Positions 48,401 through 63,400 of a stretch of 64,000 bases of DNA are shown here, piece by piece. Source of the stretch: the human T2T-CHM13v2.0 reference genome, Homo sapiens. The stretch is taken from the NCBI RefSeq assembly GCF_009914755.1, contig NC_060941.1; one strand, 5' to 3'. The position numbers and the translations under genes were made by a program. The notes beneath the pieces are model-generated. The model did no database searches and was not told the origin of the DNA. It saw only the letters and a program-made list of their open reading frames with translations. Within the stretch, counting starts at the first letter, position 1. Each line of letters opens with the position of its first letter.

Positions 48401-51400
48401 AGAAACTACTTTGTGATGACTGCATTCACCTCACGGAGTGGAGCATTCCTATTGACAGAGCAGTTTGGAAACACTCTTCTTGTAGAATCGGCTAGTGGAG
48501 AGTTGGAGCGCTTTGAGGCCTATGGTAGTAAAGGGAAGAGCTTCACATAAAATCTAGACAGAAGCATTCTCAGAAAATACTTTGTGATGATTGAGTTTAA
48601 CACACAGAGCTGAACATTCCTTTGGATGGAGAAGGTTTGAAACACACTTTCTGTAGAATCTGCGAGTGGATATTTGGACCTCTCTGAGGATTTCGTTGGA
48701 AACGGGATAACTGCACCTAACTAAACGGAAGCATTCTCACAAAATTCTTTGTGATGTTTGCATTCAAATCCCAGAGTTGAACCTTCCTTTGATAGTTCAG
48801 CTTTGAAACACTCTTTTTGTAGGTTCTGCAGGTGGATATTTGGACCACTCTTTGGCCTTCGTTCGAAACGGGTACATCTTCAAATAAAATCTAGACAGAA
48901 GCCTTCTCAGAAACTTCTCTGTGACGATTGCATTCAACTCAGAGAGTTGAACCCTCCTATGGATGGAGCAGTTTTGAATCTCTCTTTTTGTGGAATCTGC
49001 AAGTGGATATGTGGTCCTCTTTGAAGATGTCTTTGGAAACGGGAATATCTTCACATAAAAACTAAACAGAAGCATTCTCAGAAACTTCTCTGTGATGTTT
49101 GTGTTCAACTCACAGAGTTTCACGTTGCTTTTCATAGAGCAGATGAGAAACATGCTTTTCGTAGGGTCTGCAAGTGGACATTTGGAGAGCTTTCAGGCCT
49201 GTGGTGGAAAACGAATTATTGTCACGTAAAAACTAGAGAGAAGCATTGTCAGAAACTTGTTTGTGATGACTGCATTCAACTCACAGAGTTGAAGGTTCCT
49301 TTTCAAACAGCAGTTTCCAAACACTCTTTCTGTGGCATCTGCAAGTGGATGTTTGGGCCTCTTTGAAGATTTCGTTGGAAACGGGATAATCTTCACAGAA
49401 AAGCTAAACAGAAGCATGCTCAGAAACTTCTTTGTGATGTTTGCTTTCAACTCACAGAGTTGAACTTTCCTTTTGAGAGAGAAGCTTTGAAACACTCTTT
49501 TTCTAGAATCTGCAAGTGGATATTTGTAGGGCTTTGAGGCCTGAGGTGGAACAGGAATTATCTTCCCGTAAGAACTAGATAGATGCATTCTCAGAAACTA
49601 CTTTGTGACGATTGCATTCAAGTCACAGAGGTGAACATTCCCTTTCAGAGAGCACTTTGGAAACTCTCGTTGTGTAGAATCTGCAAGTGGAGATATGGAC
49701 CGCTTTGAGGCCTATGGTAGTAAAGGAAACAGCTTCATATAAAAACTAGACAGCAGCATTCTCAGAAAACTCTTTGTGACGACTGAGTTAAACTCACAGG
49801 GCTGAACATTCCTTTGGATGGAGCAGTTTGGAAACACACTATCTGTAGGATCTGCAAGCGGATACTTTGGCCTCCCTGAGGATTTCGTGGGAAATGGGAT
49901 AAACCGCACAGAACTAAACAGAAGCATTCTCAGAACCTTCTTCGTGATGTTTGCATTCAACCCACAGTGTTGAACCTTTCTTTGATAGTTCAGGTTTGAA
50001 ACACTCTTTTTGTAGAAACTGCAAGTGGATAACTGCACTTCTTTGAGGCCTATCGTAGTAAAGGAAATAACTTCCTATAAAAACAAGACAGAAGCTTTCT
50101 CAGAAAATTCTCTGGGATGATTGAGTTGAACTCACAGAGCAGTACTTTCCTTGGGATGGAGTAGTTTCGAAACACACTTTCTGTAGAATCTGCAAGTGGA
50201 TATTTGGACCTGTCTGAGGAATTCGTTGCAAACGGGATAATTTCAGCTAAGTAAACAGAAGCAGTCTCAGAATCTTCTTGTGATGTTTGCATTCAAATCC
50301 CAGAATGGAACCTTCCTTTGAAAGTTCAGGTTGGAAACACTCTTTTTGCAGGATCTACAAGTGTATATTCGGACCACTCTGTGGACTTCGTTCGAAACGG
50401 GTATATCTTCACATAACATCTAGACAGAAGCATTCTCAGAAACTTTTCTGTGATGACTGCATTCAACTCACAGAGTTGAACACTCCTTTTGAGAGCGCAG
50501 TTTTGAAACTCTCTTTCTCTGGAATCTGCAAGGGGACATGCAGACCTCTTTGAAGGTTTCGTTGGAAACGGAATCATCTTCACATAAAAATTACACGGAA
50601 GCATCCTCAGGAACTCCTTGGTGATGTTTGTATTCAACTTCCAGAGTTGAACTTTCCTTCGGAAAGAGCAGCTATGAAACACTCTTTTTCTAGAATCTGC
50701 AAGTGGACATTGGGAGGGCTGTGAGGTTTGTGGTGGAAAAGGAAATATCTCCACATAAATACTAGATAGAAGCCTTCTCAGAAACTACTTTGTGATGACT
50801 GCATTCACCTCACGGAGTGGAGCATTCCTATTGACAGAGCAGTTTGGAAACACTCTTCTTGTAGAATCGGCTAGTGGAGAGTTGGAGCGCTTTGAGGCCT
50901 ATGGTAGTAAAGGGAAGAGCTTCACATAAAATCTAGACAGAAGCATTCTCAGAAAATACTTTGTGATGATTGAGTTTAACACACAGAGCTGAACATTCCT
51001 TTGGATGGAGAAGGTTTGAAACACACTTTCTGTAGAATCTGCGAGTGGATATTTGGACCTCTCTGAGGATTTCGTTGGAAACGGGATAACTGCACCTAAC
51101 TAAACGGAAGCATTCTCACAAAATTCTTTGTGATGTTTGCATTCAAATCCCAGAGTTGAACCTTCCTTTGATAGTTCAGCTTTGAAACACTCTTTTTGTA
51201 GGTTCTGCAGGTGGATATTTGGACCACTCTTTGGCCTTCGTTCGAAACGGGTACATCTTCAAATAAAATCTAGACAGAAGCCTTCTCAGAAACTTCTCTG
51301 TGACGATTGCATTCAACTCAGAGAGTTGAACCCTCCTATGGATGGAGCAGTTTTGAATCTCTCTTTTTGTGGAATCTGCAAGTGGATATGTGGTCCTCTT

Positions 51401-54400
51401 TGAAGATGTCTTTGGAAACGGGAATATCTTCACATAAAAACTAAACAGAAGCATTCTCAGAAACTTCTCTGTGATGTTTGTGTTCAACTCACAGAGTTTC
51501 ACGTTGCTTTTCATAGAGCAGATGAGAAACATGCTTTTCGTAGGGTCTGCAAGTGGACATTTGGAGAGATTTCAGGCCTGTGGTGGAAAACGAATTATTG
51601 TCACGTAAAAACTAGAGAGAAGCATTGTCAGAAACTTGTTTGTGATGACTGCATTCAACTCACAGAGTTGAAGGTTCCTTTTCAAACAGCAGTTTCCAAA
51701 CACTCTTTCTGTGGCATCTGCAAGTGGATGTTTGGGCCTCTTTGAAGATTTCGTTGGAAACGGGATAATCTTCACAGAAAAGCTAAACAGAAGCATGCTC
51801 AGAAACTTCTTTGTGATGTTTGCTTTCAACTCACAGAGTTGAACTTTCCTTTTGAGAGAGAAGCTTTGAAACACTCTTTTTCTAGAATCTGCAAGTGGAT
51901 ATTTGTAGGGCTTTGAGGCCTGAGGTGGAACAGGAATTATCTTCCCGTAAGAACTAGATAGATGCATTCTCAGAAACTACTTTGTGACGATTGCATTCAA
52001 GTCACAGAGGTGAACATTCCCTTTCAGAGAGCACTTTGGAAACTCTCGTTGTGTAGAATCTGCAAGTGGAGATATGGACCGCTTTGAGGCCTATGGTAGT
52101 AAAGGAAACAGCTTCATATAAAAACTAGACAGCAGCATTCTCAGAAAACTCTTTGTGACGACTGAGTTAAACTCACAGGGCTGAACATTCCTTTGGATGG
52201 AGCAGTTTGGAAACACACTATCTGTAGGATCTGCAAGCGGATACTTTGGCCTCCCTGAGGATTTCGTGGGAAACGGGATAAACCGCACAGAACTAAACAG
52301 AAGCATTCTCAGAACCTTCTTCGTGATGTTTGCATTCAACCCACAGTGTTGAACCTTTCTTTGATAGTTCAGGTTTGAAACACTCTTTTTGTAGAAACTG
52401 CAAGTGGATAACTGCACTTCTTTGAGGCCTATCGTAGTAAAGGAAATAACTTCCTATAAAAACAAGACAGAAGCTTTCTCAGAAAATTCTCTGGGATGAT
52501 TGAGTTGAACTCACAGAGCAGTACTTTCCTTGGGATGGAGTAGTTTCGAAACACACTTTCTGTAGAATCTGCAAGTGGATATTTGGACCTGTCTGAGGAA
52601 TTCGTTGCAAACGGGATAATTTCAGCTAAGTAAACAGAAGCAGTCTCAGAATCTTCTTGTGATGTTTGCATTCAAATCCCAGAATGGAACCTTCCTTTGA
52701 AAGTTCAGGTTGGAAACACTCTTTTTGCAGGATCTACAAGTGTATATTCGGACCACTCTGTGGACTTCGTTCGAAACGGGTATATCTTCACATAACATCT
52801 AGACAGAAGCATTCTCAGAAACTTTTCTGTGATGACTGCATTCAACTCACAGAGTTGAACACTCCTTTTGAGAGCGCAGTTTTGAAACTCTCTTTCTCTG
52901 GAATCTGCAAGGGGACATGCAGACCTCTTTGAAGGTTTCGTTGGAAACGGAATCATCTTCACATAAAAATTACACGGAAGCATCCTCAGGAACTCCTTGG
53001 TGATGTTTGCATTCAACTTCCAGAGTTGAACTTTCCTTCGGAAAGAGCAGCTATGAAACACTCTTTTTCTAGAATCTGCAAGTGGACATTGGGAGGGCTG
53101 TGAGGTTTGTGGTGGAAAAGGAAATATCTCCACATAAATACTAGATAGAAGCCTTCTCAGAAACTACTTTGTGATGACTGCATTCACCTCACGGAGTGGA
53201 GCATTCCTATTGACAGAGCAGTTTGGAAACACTCTTCTTGTAGAATCGGCTAGTGGAGAGTTGGAGCGCTTTGAGGCCTATGGTAGTAAAGGGAAGAGCT
53301 TCACATAAAATCTAGACAGAAGCATTCTCAGAAAATACTTTGTGATGATTGAGTTTAACACACAGAGCTGAACATTCCTTTGGATGGAGAAGGTTTGAAA
53401 CACACTTTCTGTAGAATCTGCGAGTGGATATTTGGACCTCTCTGAGGATTTCGTTGGAAACGGGATAACTGCACCTAACTAAACGGAAGCATTCTCACAA
53501 AATTCTTTGTGATGTTTGCATTCAAATCCCAGAGTTGAACCTTCCTTTGATAGTTCAGCTTTGAAACACTCTTTTTGTAGGTTCTGCAGGTGGATATTTG
53601 GACCACTCTTTGGCCTTCGTTCGAAACGGGTACATCTTCAAATAAAATCTAGACAGAAGCCTTCTCAGAAACTTCTCTGTGACGATTGCATTCAACTCAG
53701 AGAGTTGAACCCTCCTATGGATGGAGCAGTTTTGAATCTCTCTTTTTGTGGAATCTGCAAGTGGATATGTGGTCCTCTTTGAAGATGTCTTTGGAAACGG
53801 GAATATCTTCACATAAAAACTAAACAGAAGCATTCTCAGAAACTTCTCTGTGATGTTTGTGTTCAACTCACAGAGTTTCACGTTGCTTTTCATAGAGCAG
53901 ATGAGAAACATGCTTTTCGTAGGGTCTGCAAGTGGACATTTGGAGAGCTTTCAGGCCTGTGGTGGAAAACGAATTATCGTCACGTAAAAACTAGAGAGAA
54001 GCATTGTCAGAAACTTGTTTGTGATGACTGCATTCAACTCACAGAGTTGAAGGTTCCTTTTCAAACAGCAGTTTCCAAACACTCTTTCTGTGGCATCTGC
54101 AAGTGGATGTTTGGGCCTCTTTGAAGATTTCGTTGGAAACGGGATAATCTTCACAGAAAAGCTAAACAGAAGCATGCTCAGAAACTTCTTTGTGATGTTT
54201 GCTTTCAACTCACAGAGTTGAACTTTCCTTTTGAGAGAGAAGCTTTGAAACACTCTTTTTCTAGAATCTGCAAGTGGATATTTGGAGGGCTTTGAGGCCT
54301 GAGGTGGAACAGGAATTATCTTCCCGTAAGAACTAGATAGATGCATTCTCAGAAACTACTTTGTGACGATTGCATTCAAGTCACAGAGGTGAACATTCCC

Positions 54401-57400
54401 TTTCAGAGAGCACTTTGGAAACTCTCGTTGTGTAGAATCTGCAAGTGGAGATATGGACCGCTTTGAGGCCTATGGTAGTAAAGGAAACAGCTTCATATAA
54501 AAACTAGACAGCAGCATTCTCAGAAAACTCTTTGTGACGACTGAGTTAAACTCACAGGGCTGAACATTCCTTTGGATGGAGCAGTTTGGAAACACACTAT
54601 CTGTAGGATCTGCAAGCGGATACTTGGGCCTCCCTGAGGATTTCGTGGGAAACGGGATAAACCGCACAGAACTAAACAGAAGCATTCTCAGAACCTTCTT
54701 CGTGATGTTTGCATTCAACCCACAGTGTTGAACCTTTCTTTGATAGTTCAGGTTTGAAACACTCTTTTTGTAGAAACTGCAAGTGGATAACTGCACTTCT
54801 TTGAGGCCTATCGTAGTAAAGGAAATAACTTCCTATAAAAACAAGACAGAAGCTTTCTCAGAAAATTCTCTGGGATGATTGAGTTGAACTCACAGAGCAG
54901 TACTTTCCTTGGGATGGAGTAGTTTCGAAACACACTTTCTGTAGAATCTGCAAGTGGATATTTGGACCTGTCTGAGGAATTCGTTGCAAACGGGATAATT
55001 TCAGCTAAGTAAACAGAAGCAGTCTCAGAATCTTCTTGTGATGTTTGCATTCAAATCCCAGAATGGAACCTTCCTTTGAAAGTTCAGGTTGGAAACACTC
55101 TTTTTGCAGGATCTACAAGTGGATATTCGGACCACTCTGTGGACTTCGTTCGAAACGGGTATATCTTCACATAACATCTAGACAGAAGCATTCTCAGAAA
55201 CTTTTCTGTGATGACTGCATTCAACTCACAGAGTTGAACACTCCTTTTGAGAGCGCAGTTTTGAAACTCTCTTTCTCTGGAATCTGCAAGGGGACATGCA
55301 GACCTCTTTGAAGGTTTCGTTGGAAACGGAATCATCTTCACATAAAAATTACACGGAAGCATCCTCAGGAACTCCTTGGTGATGTTTGTATTCAACTTCC
55401 AGAGTTGAACTTTCCTTCGGAAAGAGCAGCTATGAAACACTCTTTTTCTAGAATCTGCAAGTGGACATTGGGAGGGCTGTGAGGTTTGTGGTGGAAAAGG
55501 AAATATCTCCACATAAATACTAGATAGAAGCCTTCTCAGAAACTACTTTGTGATGACTGCATTCACCTCACGGAGTGGAGCATTCCTATTGACAGAGCAG
55601 TTTGGAAACACTCTTCTTGTAGAATCGGCTAGTGGAGAGTTGGAGCGCTTTGAGGCCTATGGTAGTAAAGGGAAGAGCTTCACATAAAATCTAGACAGAA
55701 GCATTCTCAGAAAATACTTTGTGATGATTGAGTTTAACACACAGAGCTGAACATTCCTTTGGATGGAGAAGGTTTGAAACACACTTTCTGTAGAATCTGC
55801 GAGTGGATATTTGGACCTCTCTGAGGATTTCGTTGGAAACGGGATAACTGCACCTAACTAAACGGAAGCATTCTCACAAAATTCTTTGTGATGTTTGCAT
55901 TCAAATCCCAGAGTTGAACCTTCCTTTGATAGTTCAGCTTTGAAACACTCTTTTTGTAGGTTCTGCAGGTGGATATTTGGACCACTCTTTGGCCTTCGTT
56001 CGAAACGGGTACATCTTCAAATAAAATCTAGACAGAAGCCTTCTCAGAAACTTCTCTGTGACGATTGCATTCAACTCAGAGAGTTGAACCCTCCTATGGA
56101 TGGAGCAGTTTTGAATCTCTCTTTTTGTGGAATCTGCAAGTGGATATGTGGTCCTCTTTGAAGATGTCTTTGGAAACGGGAATATCTTCACATAAAAACT
56201 AAACAGAAGCATTCTCAGAAACTTCTCTGTGATGTTTGTGTTCAACTCACAGAGTTTCACGTTGCTTTTCATAGAGCAGATGAGAAACATGCTTTTCGTA
56301 GGGTCTGCAAGTGGACATTTGGAGAGCTTTCAGGCCTGTGGTGGAAAACGAATTATCGTCACGTAAAAACTAGAGAGAAGCATTGTCAGAAACTTGTTTG
56401 TGATGACTGCATTCAACTCACAGAGTTGAAGGTTCCTTTTCAAACAGCAGTTTCCAAACACTCTTTCTGTGGCATCTGCAAGTGGATGTTTGGGCCTCTT
56501 TGAAGATTTCGTTGGAAACGGGATAATCTTCACAGAAAAGCTAAACAGAAGCATGCTCAGAAACTTCTTTGTGATGTTTGCTTTCAACTCACAGAGTTGA
56601 ACTTTCCTTTTGAGAGAGAAGCTTTGAAACACTCTTTTTCTAGAATCTGCAAGTGGATATTTGGAGGGCTTTGAGGCCTGAGGTGGAACAGGAATTATCT
56701 TCCCGTAAGAACTAGATAGATGCATTCTCAGAAACTACTTTGTGACGATTGCATTCAAGTCACAGAGGTGAACATTCCCTTTCAGAGAGCACTTTGGAAA
56801 CTCTCGTTGTGTAGAATCTGCAAGTGGAGATATGGACCGCTTTGAGGCCTATGGTAGTAAAGGAAACAGCTTCATATAAAAACTAGACAGCAGCATTCTC
56901 AGAAAACTCTTTGTGACGACTGAGTTTCACTCACAGGGCTGAACATTCCTTTGGATGGAGCAGTTTGGAAACACACTATCTGTAGGATCTGCAAGCGGAT
57001 ACTTGGGCCTCCCTGAGGATTTCGTGGGAAACGGGATAAACCGCACAGAACTAAACAGAAGCATTCTCAGAACCTTCTTCGTGATGTTTGCATTCAACCC
57101 ACAGTGTTGAACCTTTCTTTGATAGTTCAGGTTTGAAACACTCTTTTTGTAGAAACTGCAAGTGGATAACTGCACTTCTTTGAGGCCTATCGTAGTAAAG
57201 GAAATAACTTCCTATAAAAACAAGACAGAAGCTTTCTCAGAAAATTCTCTGGGATGATTGAGTTGAACTCACAGAGCAGTACTTTCCTTGGGATGGAGTA
57301 GTTTCGAAACACACTTTCTGTAGAATCTGCAAGTGGATATTTGGACCTGTCTGAGGAATTCGTTGCAAACGGGATAATTTCAGCTAAGTAAACAGAAGCA

Positions 57401-60400
57401 GTCTCAGAATCTTCTTGTGATGTTTGCATTCAAATCCCAGAATGGAACCTTCCTTTGAAAGTTCAGGTTGGAAACACTCTTTTTGCAGGATCTACAAGTG
57501 GATATTCGGACCACTCTGTGGACTTCGTTCGAAACGGGTATATCTTCACATAACATCTAGACAGAAGCATTCTCAGAAACTTTTCTGTGATGACTGCATT
57601 CAACTCACAGAGTTGAACACTCCTTTTGAGAGCACAGTTTTGAAACTCTCTTTCTCTGGAATCTGCAAGGGGACATGCAGACCTCTTTGAAGGTTTCGTT
57701 GGAAACGGAATCATCTTCACATAAAAATTACACGGAAGCATCCTCAGGAACTCCTTGGTGATGTTTGTATTCAACTTCCAGAGTTGAACTTTCCTTCGGA
57801 AAGAGCAGCTATGAAACACTCTTTTTCTAGAATCTGCAAGTGGACATTGGGAGGGCTGTGAGGTTTGTGGTGGAAAAGGAAATATCTCCACATAAATACT
57901 AGATAGAAGCCTTCTCAGAAACTACTTTGTGATGACTGCATTCACCTCACGGAGTGGAGCATTCCTATTGACAGAGCAGTTTGGAAACACTCTTCTTGTA
58001 GAATCGGCTAGTGGAGAGTTGGAGCGCTTTGAGGCCTATGGTAGTAAAGGGAAGAGCTTCACATAAAATCTAGACAGAAGCATTCTCAGAAAATACTTTG
58101 TGATGATTGAGTTTAACACACAGAGCTGAACATTCCTTTGGATGGAGAAGGTTTGAAACACACTTTCTGTAGAATCTGCGAGTGGATATTTGGACCTCTC
58201 TGAGGATTTCGTTGGAAACGGGATAACTGCACCTAACTAAACGGAAGCATTCTCACAAAATTCTTTGTGATGTTTGCATTCAAATCCCAGAGTTGAACCT
58301 TCCTTTGATAGTTCAGCTTTGAAACACTCTTTTTGTAGGTTCTGCAGGTGGATATTTGGACCACTCTTTGGCCTTCGTTCGAAACGGGTACATCTTCAAA
58401 TAAAATCTAGACAGAAGCCTTCTCAGAAACTTCTCTGTGACGATTGCATTCAACTCAGAGAGTTGAACCCTCCTATGGATGGAGCAGTTTTGAATCTCTC
58501 TTTTTGTGGAATCTGCAAGTGGATATGTGGTCCTCTTTGAAGATGTCTTTGGAAACGGGAATATCTTCACATAAAAACTAAACAGAAGCATTCTCAGAAA
58601 CTTCTCTGTGATGTTTGTGTTCAACTCACAGAGTTTCACGTTGCTTTTCATAGAGCAGATGAGAAACATGCTTTTCGTAGGGTCTGCAAGTGGACATTTG
58701 GAGAGCTTTCAGGCCTGTGGTGGAAAACGAATTATCGTCACGTAAAAACTAGAGAGAAGCATTGTCAGAAACTTGTTTGTGATGACTGCATTCAACTCAC
58801 AGAGTTGAAGGTTCCTTTTCAAACAGCAGTTTCCAAACACTCTTTCTGTGGCATCTGCAAGTGGATGTTTGGGCCTCTTTGAAGATTTCGTTGGAAACGG
58901 GATAATCTTCACAGAAAAGCTAAACAGAAGCATGCTCAGAAACTTCTTTGTGATGTTTGCTTTCAACTCACAGAGTTGAACTTTCCTTTTGAGAGAGAAG
59001 CTTTGAAACACTCTTTTTCTAGAATCTGCAAGTGGATATTTGGAGGGCTTTGAGGCCTGAGGTGGAACAGGAATTATCTTCCCGTAAGAACTAGATAGAT
59101 GCATTCTCAGAAACTACTTTGTGACGATTGCATTCAAGTCACAGAGGTGAACATTCCCTTTCAGAGAGCACTTTGGAAACTCTCGTTGTGTAGAATCTGC
59201 AAGTGGAGATATGGACCGCTTTGAGGCCTATGGTAGTAAAGGAAACAGCTTCATATAAAAACTAGACAGCAGCATTCTCAGAAAACTCTTTGTGACGACT
59301 GAGTTAAACTCACAGGGCTGAACATTCCTTTGGATGGAGCAGTTTGGAAACACACTATCTGTAGGATCTGCAAGCGGATACTTGGGCCTCCCTGAGGATT
59401 TCGTGGGAAACGGGATAAACCGCACAGAACTAAACAGAAGCATTCTCAGAACCTTCTTCGTGATGTTTGCATTCAACCCACAGTGTTGAACCTTTCTTTG
59501 ATAGTTCAGGTTTGAAACACTCTTTTTGTAGAAACTGCAAGTAGATAACTGCACTTCTTTGAGGCCTATCGTAGTAAAGGAAATAACTTCCTATAAAAAC
59601 AAGACAGAAGCTTTCTCAGAAAATTCTCTGGGATGATTGAGTTGAACTCACAGAGCAGTACTTTCCTTGGGATGGAGTAGTTTCGAAACACACTTTCTGT
59701 AGAATCTGCAAGTGGATATTTGGACCTGTCTGAGGAATTCGTTGCAAACGGGATAATTTCAGCTAAGTAAACAGAAGCAGTCTCAGAATCTTCTTGTGAT
59801 GTTTGCATTCAAATCCCAGAATGGAACCTTCCTTTGAAAGTTCAGGTTGGAAACACTCTTTTTGCAGGATCTACAAGTGGATATTCGGACCACTCTGTGG
59901 ACTTCGTTCGAAACGGGTATATCTTCACATAACATCTAGACAGAAGCATTCTCAGAAACTTTTCTGTGATGACTGCATTCAACTCACAGAGTTGAACACT
60001 CCTTTTGAGAGCGCAGTTTTGAAACTCTCTTTCTCTGGAATCTGCAAGGGGACATGCAGACCTCTTTGAAGGTTTCGTTGGAAACGGAATCATCTTCACA
60101 TAAAAATTACACGGAAGCCTCCTCAGGAACTCCTTGGTGATGTTTGTATTCAACTTCCAGAGTTGAACTTTCCTTCGGAAAGAGCAGCTATGAAACACTC
60201 TTTTTCTAGAATCTGCAAGTGGACATTGGGAGGGCTGTGAGGTTTGTGGTGGAAAAGGAAATATCTCCACATAAATACTAGATAGAAGCCTTCTCAGAAA
60301 CTACTTTGTGATGACTGCATTCACCTCACGGAGTGGAGCATTCCTATTGACAGAGCAGTTTGGAAACACTCTTCTTGTAGAATCGGCTAGTGGAGAGTTG

Positions 60401-63400
60401 GAGCGCTTTGAGGCCTATGGTAGTAAAGGGAAGAGCTTCACATAAAATCTAGACAGAAGCATTCTCAGAAAATACTTTGTGATGATTGAGTTTAACACAC
60501 AGAGCTGAACATTCCTTTGGATGGAGAAGGTTTGAAACACACTTTCTGTAGAATCTGCGAGTGGATATTTGGACCTCTCTAAGGATTTCGTTGGAAACGG
60601 GATAACTGCACCTAACTAAACGGAAGCATTCTCACAAAATTCTTTGTGATGTTTGCATTCAAATCCCAGAGTTGAACCTTCCTTTGATAGTTCAGCTTTG
60701 AAACACTCTTTTTGTAGGTTCTGCAGGTGGATATTTGGCCCACTCTTTGGCCTTCGTTCGAAACGGGTACATCTTCAAATAAAATCTAGACAGAAGCCTT
60801 CTCAGAAACTTCTCTGTGACGATTGCATTCAACTCAGAGAGTTGAACCCTCCTATGGATAGAGCAGTTTTGAATCTCTCTTTTTGTGGAATCTGCAAGTG
60901 GATATGTGGTCCTCTTTGAAGATGTCTTTGGAAACGGGAATATCTTCACATAAAAACTAAACAGAAGCATTCTCAGAAACTTCTCTGTGATGTTTGTGTT
61001 CAACTCACAGAGTTTCACGTTGCTTTTCATAGAGCAGATGAGAAACATGCTTTTCGTAGGGTCTGCAAGTGGACATTTGGAGAGCTTTCAGGCCTGTGGT
61101 GGAAAACGAATTATCGTCACGTAAAAACTAGAGAGAAGCATTGTCAGAAACTTGTTTGTGATGACTGCATTCAACTCACAGAGTTGAAGGTTCCTTTTCA
61201 AACAGCAGTTTCCAAACACTCTTTCTGTGGCATCTGCAAGTGGATGTTTGGGCCTCTTTGAAGATTTCGTTGGAAACGGGATAATCTTCACAGAAAAGCT
61301 AAACAGAAGCATGCTCAGAAACTTCTTTGTGATGTTTGCTTTCAACTCACAGAGTTGAACTTTCCTTTTGAGAGAGAAGCTTTGAAACACTCTTTTTCTA
61401 GAATCTGCAAGTGGATATTTGGAGGGCTTTGAGGCCTGAGGTGGAACAGGAATTATCTTCCCGTAAGAACTAGATAGATGCATTCTCAGAAACTACTTTG
61501 TGACGATTGCATTCAAGTCACAGAGGTGAACATTCCCTTTCAGAGAGCACTTTGGAAACTCTCGTTGTGTAGAATCTGCAAGTGGAGATATGGACCGCTT
61601 TGAGGCCTATGGTAGTAAAGGAAACAGCTTCATATAAAAACTAGACAGCAGCATTCTCAGAAAACTCTTTGTGACGACTGAGTTTCACTCACAGGGCTGA
61701 ACATTCCTTTGGATGGAGCAGTTTGGAAACACACTATCTGTAGGATCTGCAAGCGGATACTTGGGCCTCCCTGAGGATTTCGTGGGAAACGGGATAAACC
61801 GCACAGAACTAAACAGAAGCATTCTCAGAACCTTCTTCGTGATGTTTGCATTCAACCCACAGTGTTGAACCTTTCTTTGATAGTTCAGGTTTGAAACACT
61901 CTTTTTGTAGAAACTGCAAGTGGATAACTGCACTTCTTTGAGGCCTATCGTAGTAAAGGAAATAACTTCCTATAAAAACAAGACAGAAGCTTTCTCAGAA
62001 AATTCTCTGGGATGATTGAGTTGAACTCACAGAGCAGTACTTTCCTTGGGATGGAGTAGTTTCGAAACACACTTTCTGTAGAATCTGCAAGTGGATATTT
62101 GGACCTGTCTGAGGAATTCGTTGCAAACGGGATAATTTCAGCTAAGTAAACAGAAGCAGTCTCAGAATCTTCTTGTGATGTTTGCATTCAAATCCCAGAA
62201 TGGAACCTTCCTTTGAAAGTTCAGGTTGGAAACACTCTTTTTGCAGGATCTACAAGTGGATATTCGGACCACTCTGTGGACTTCGTTCGAAACGGGTATA
62301 TCTTCACATAACATCTAGACAGAAGCATTCTCAGAAACTTTTCTGTGATGACTGCATTCAACTCACAGAGTTGAACACTCCTTTTGAGAGCGCAGTTTTG
62401 AAACTCTCTTTCTCTGGAATCTGCAAGGGGACATGCAGACCTCTTTGAAGGTTTCGTTGGAAACGGAATCATCTTCACATAAAAATTACACGGAAGCCTC
62501 CTCAGGAACTCCTTGGTGATGTTTGTATTCAACTTCCAGAGTTGAACTTTCCTTCGGAAAGAGCAGCTATGAAACACTCTTTTTCTAGAATCTGCAAGTG
62601 GACATTGGGAGGGCTGTGAGGTTTGTGGTGGAAAAGGAAATATCTCCACATAAATACTAGATAGAAGCCTTCTCAGAAACTACTTTGTGATGACTGCATT
62701 CACCTCACGGAGTGGAGCATTCCTATTGACAGAGCAGTTTGGAAACACTCTTCTTGTAGAATCGGCTAGTGGAGAGTTGGAGCGCTTTGAGGCCTATGGT
62801 AGTAAAGGGAAGAGCTTCACATAAAATCTAGACAGAAGCATTCTCAGAAAATACTTTGTGATGATTGAGTTTAACACACAGAGCTGAACATTCCTTTGGA
62901 TGGAGAAGGTTTGAAACACACTTTCTGTAGAATCTGCGAGTGGATATTTGGACCTCTCTGAGGATTTCGTTGGAAACGGGATAACTGCACCTAACTAAAC
63001 GGAAGCATTCTCACAAAATTCTGTGTGATGTTTGCATTCAAATCCCAGAGTTGAACCTTCCTTTGATAGTTCAGCTTTGAAACACTCTTTTTGTAGGTTC
63101 TGCAGGTGGATATTTGGACCACTCTTTGGCCTTCGTTCGAAACGGGTACATCTTCAAATAAAATCTAGACAGAAGCCTTCTCAGAAACTTCTCTGTGACG
63201 ATTGCATTCAACTCAGAGAGTTGAACCCTCCTATGGATGGAGCAGTTTTGAATCTCTCTTTTTGTGGAATCTGCAAGTGGATATGTGGTCCTCTTTGAAG
63301 ATGTCTTTGGAAACGGGAATATCTTCACATAAAAACTAAACAGAAGCATTCTCAGAAACTTCTCTGTGATGTTTGTGTTCAACTCACAGAGTTTCACGTT

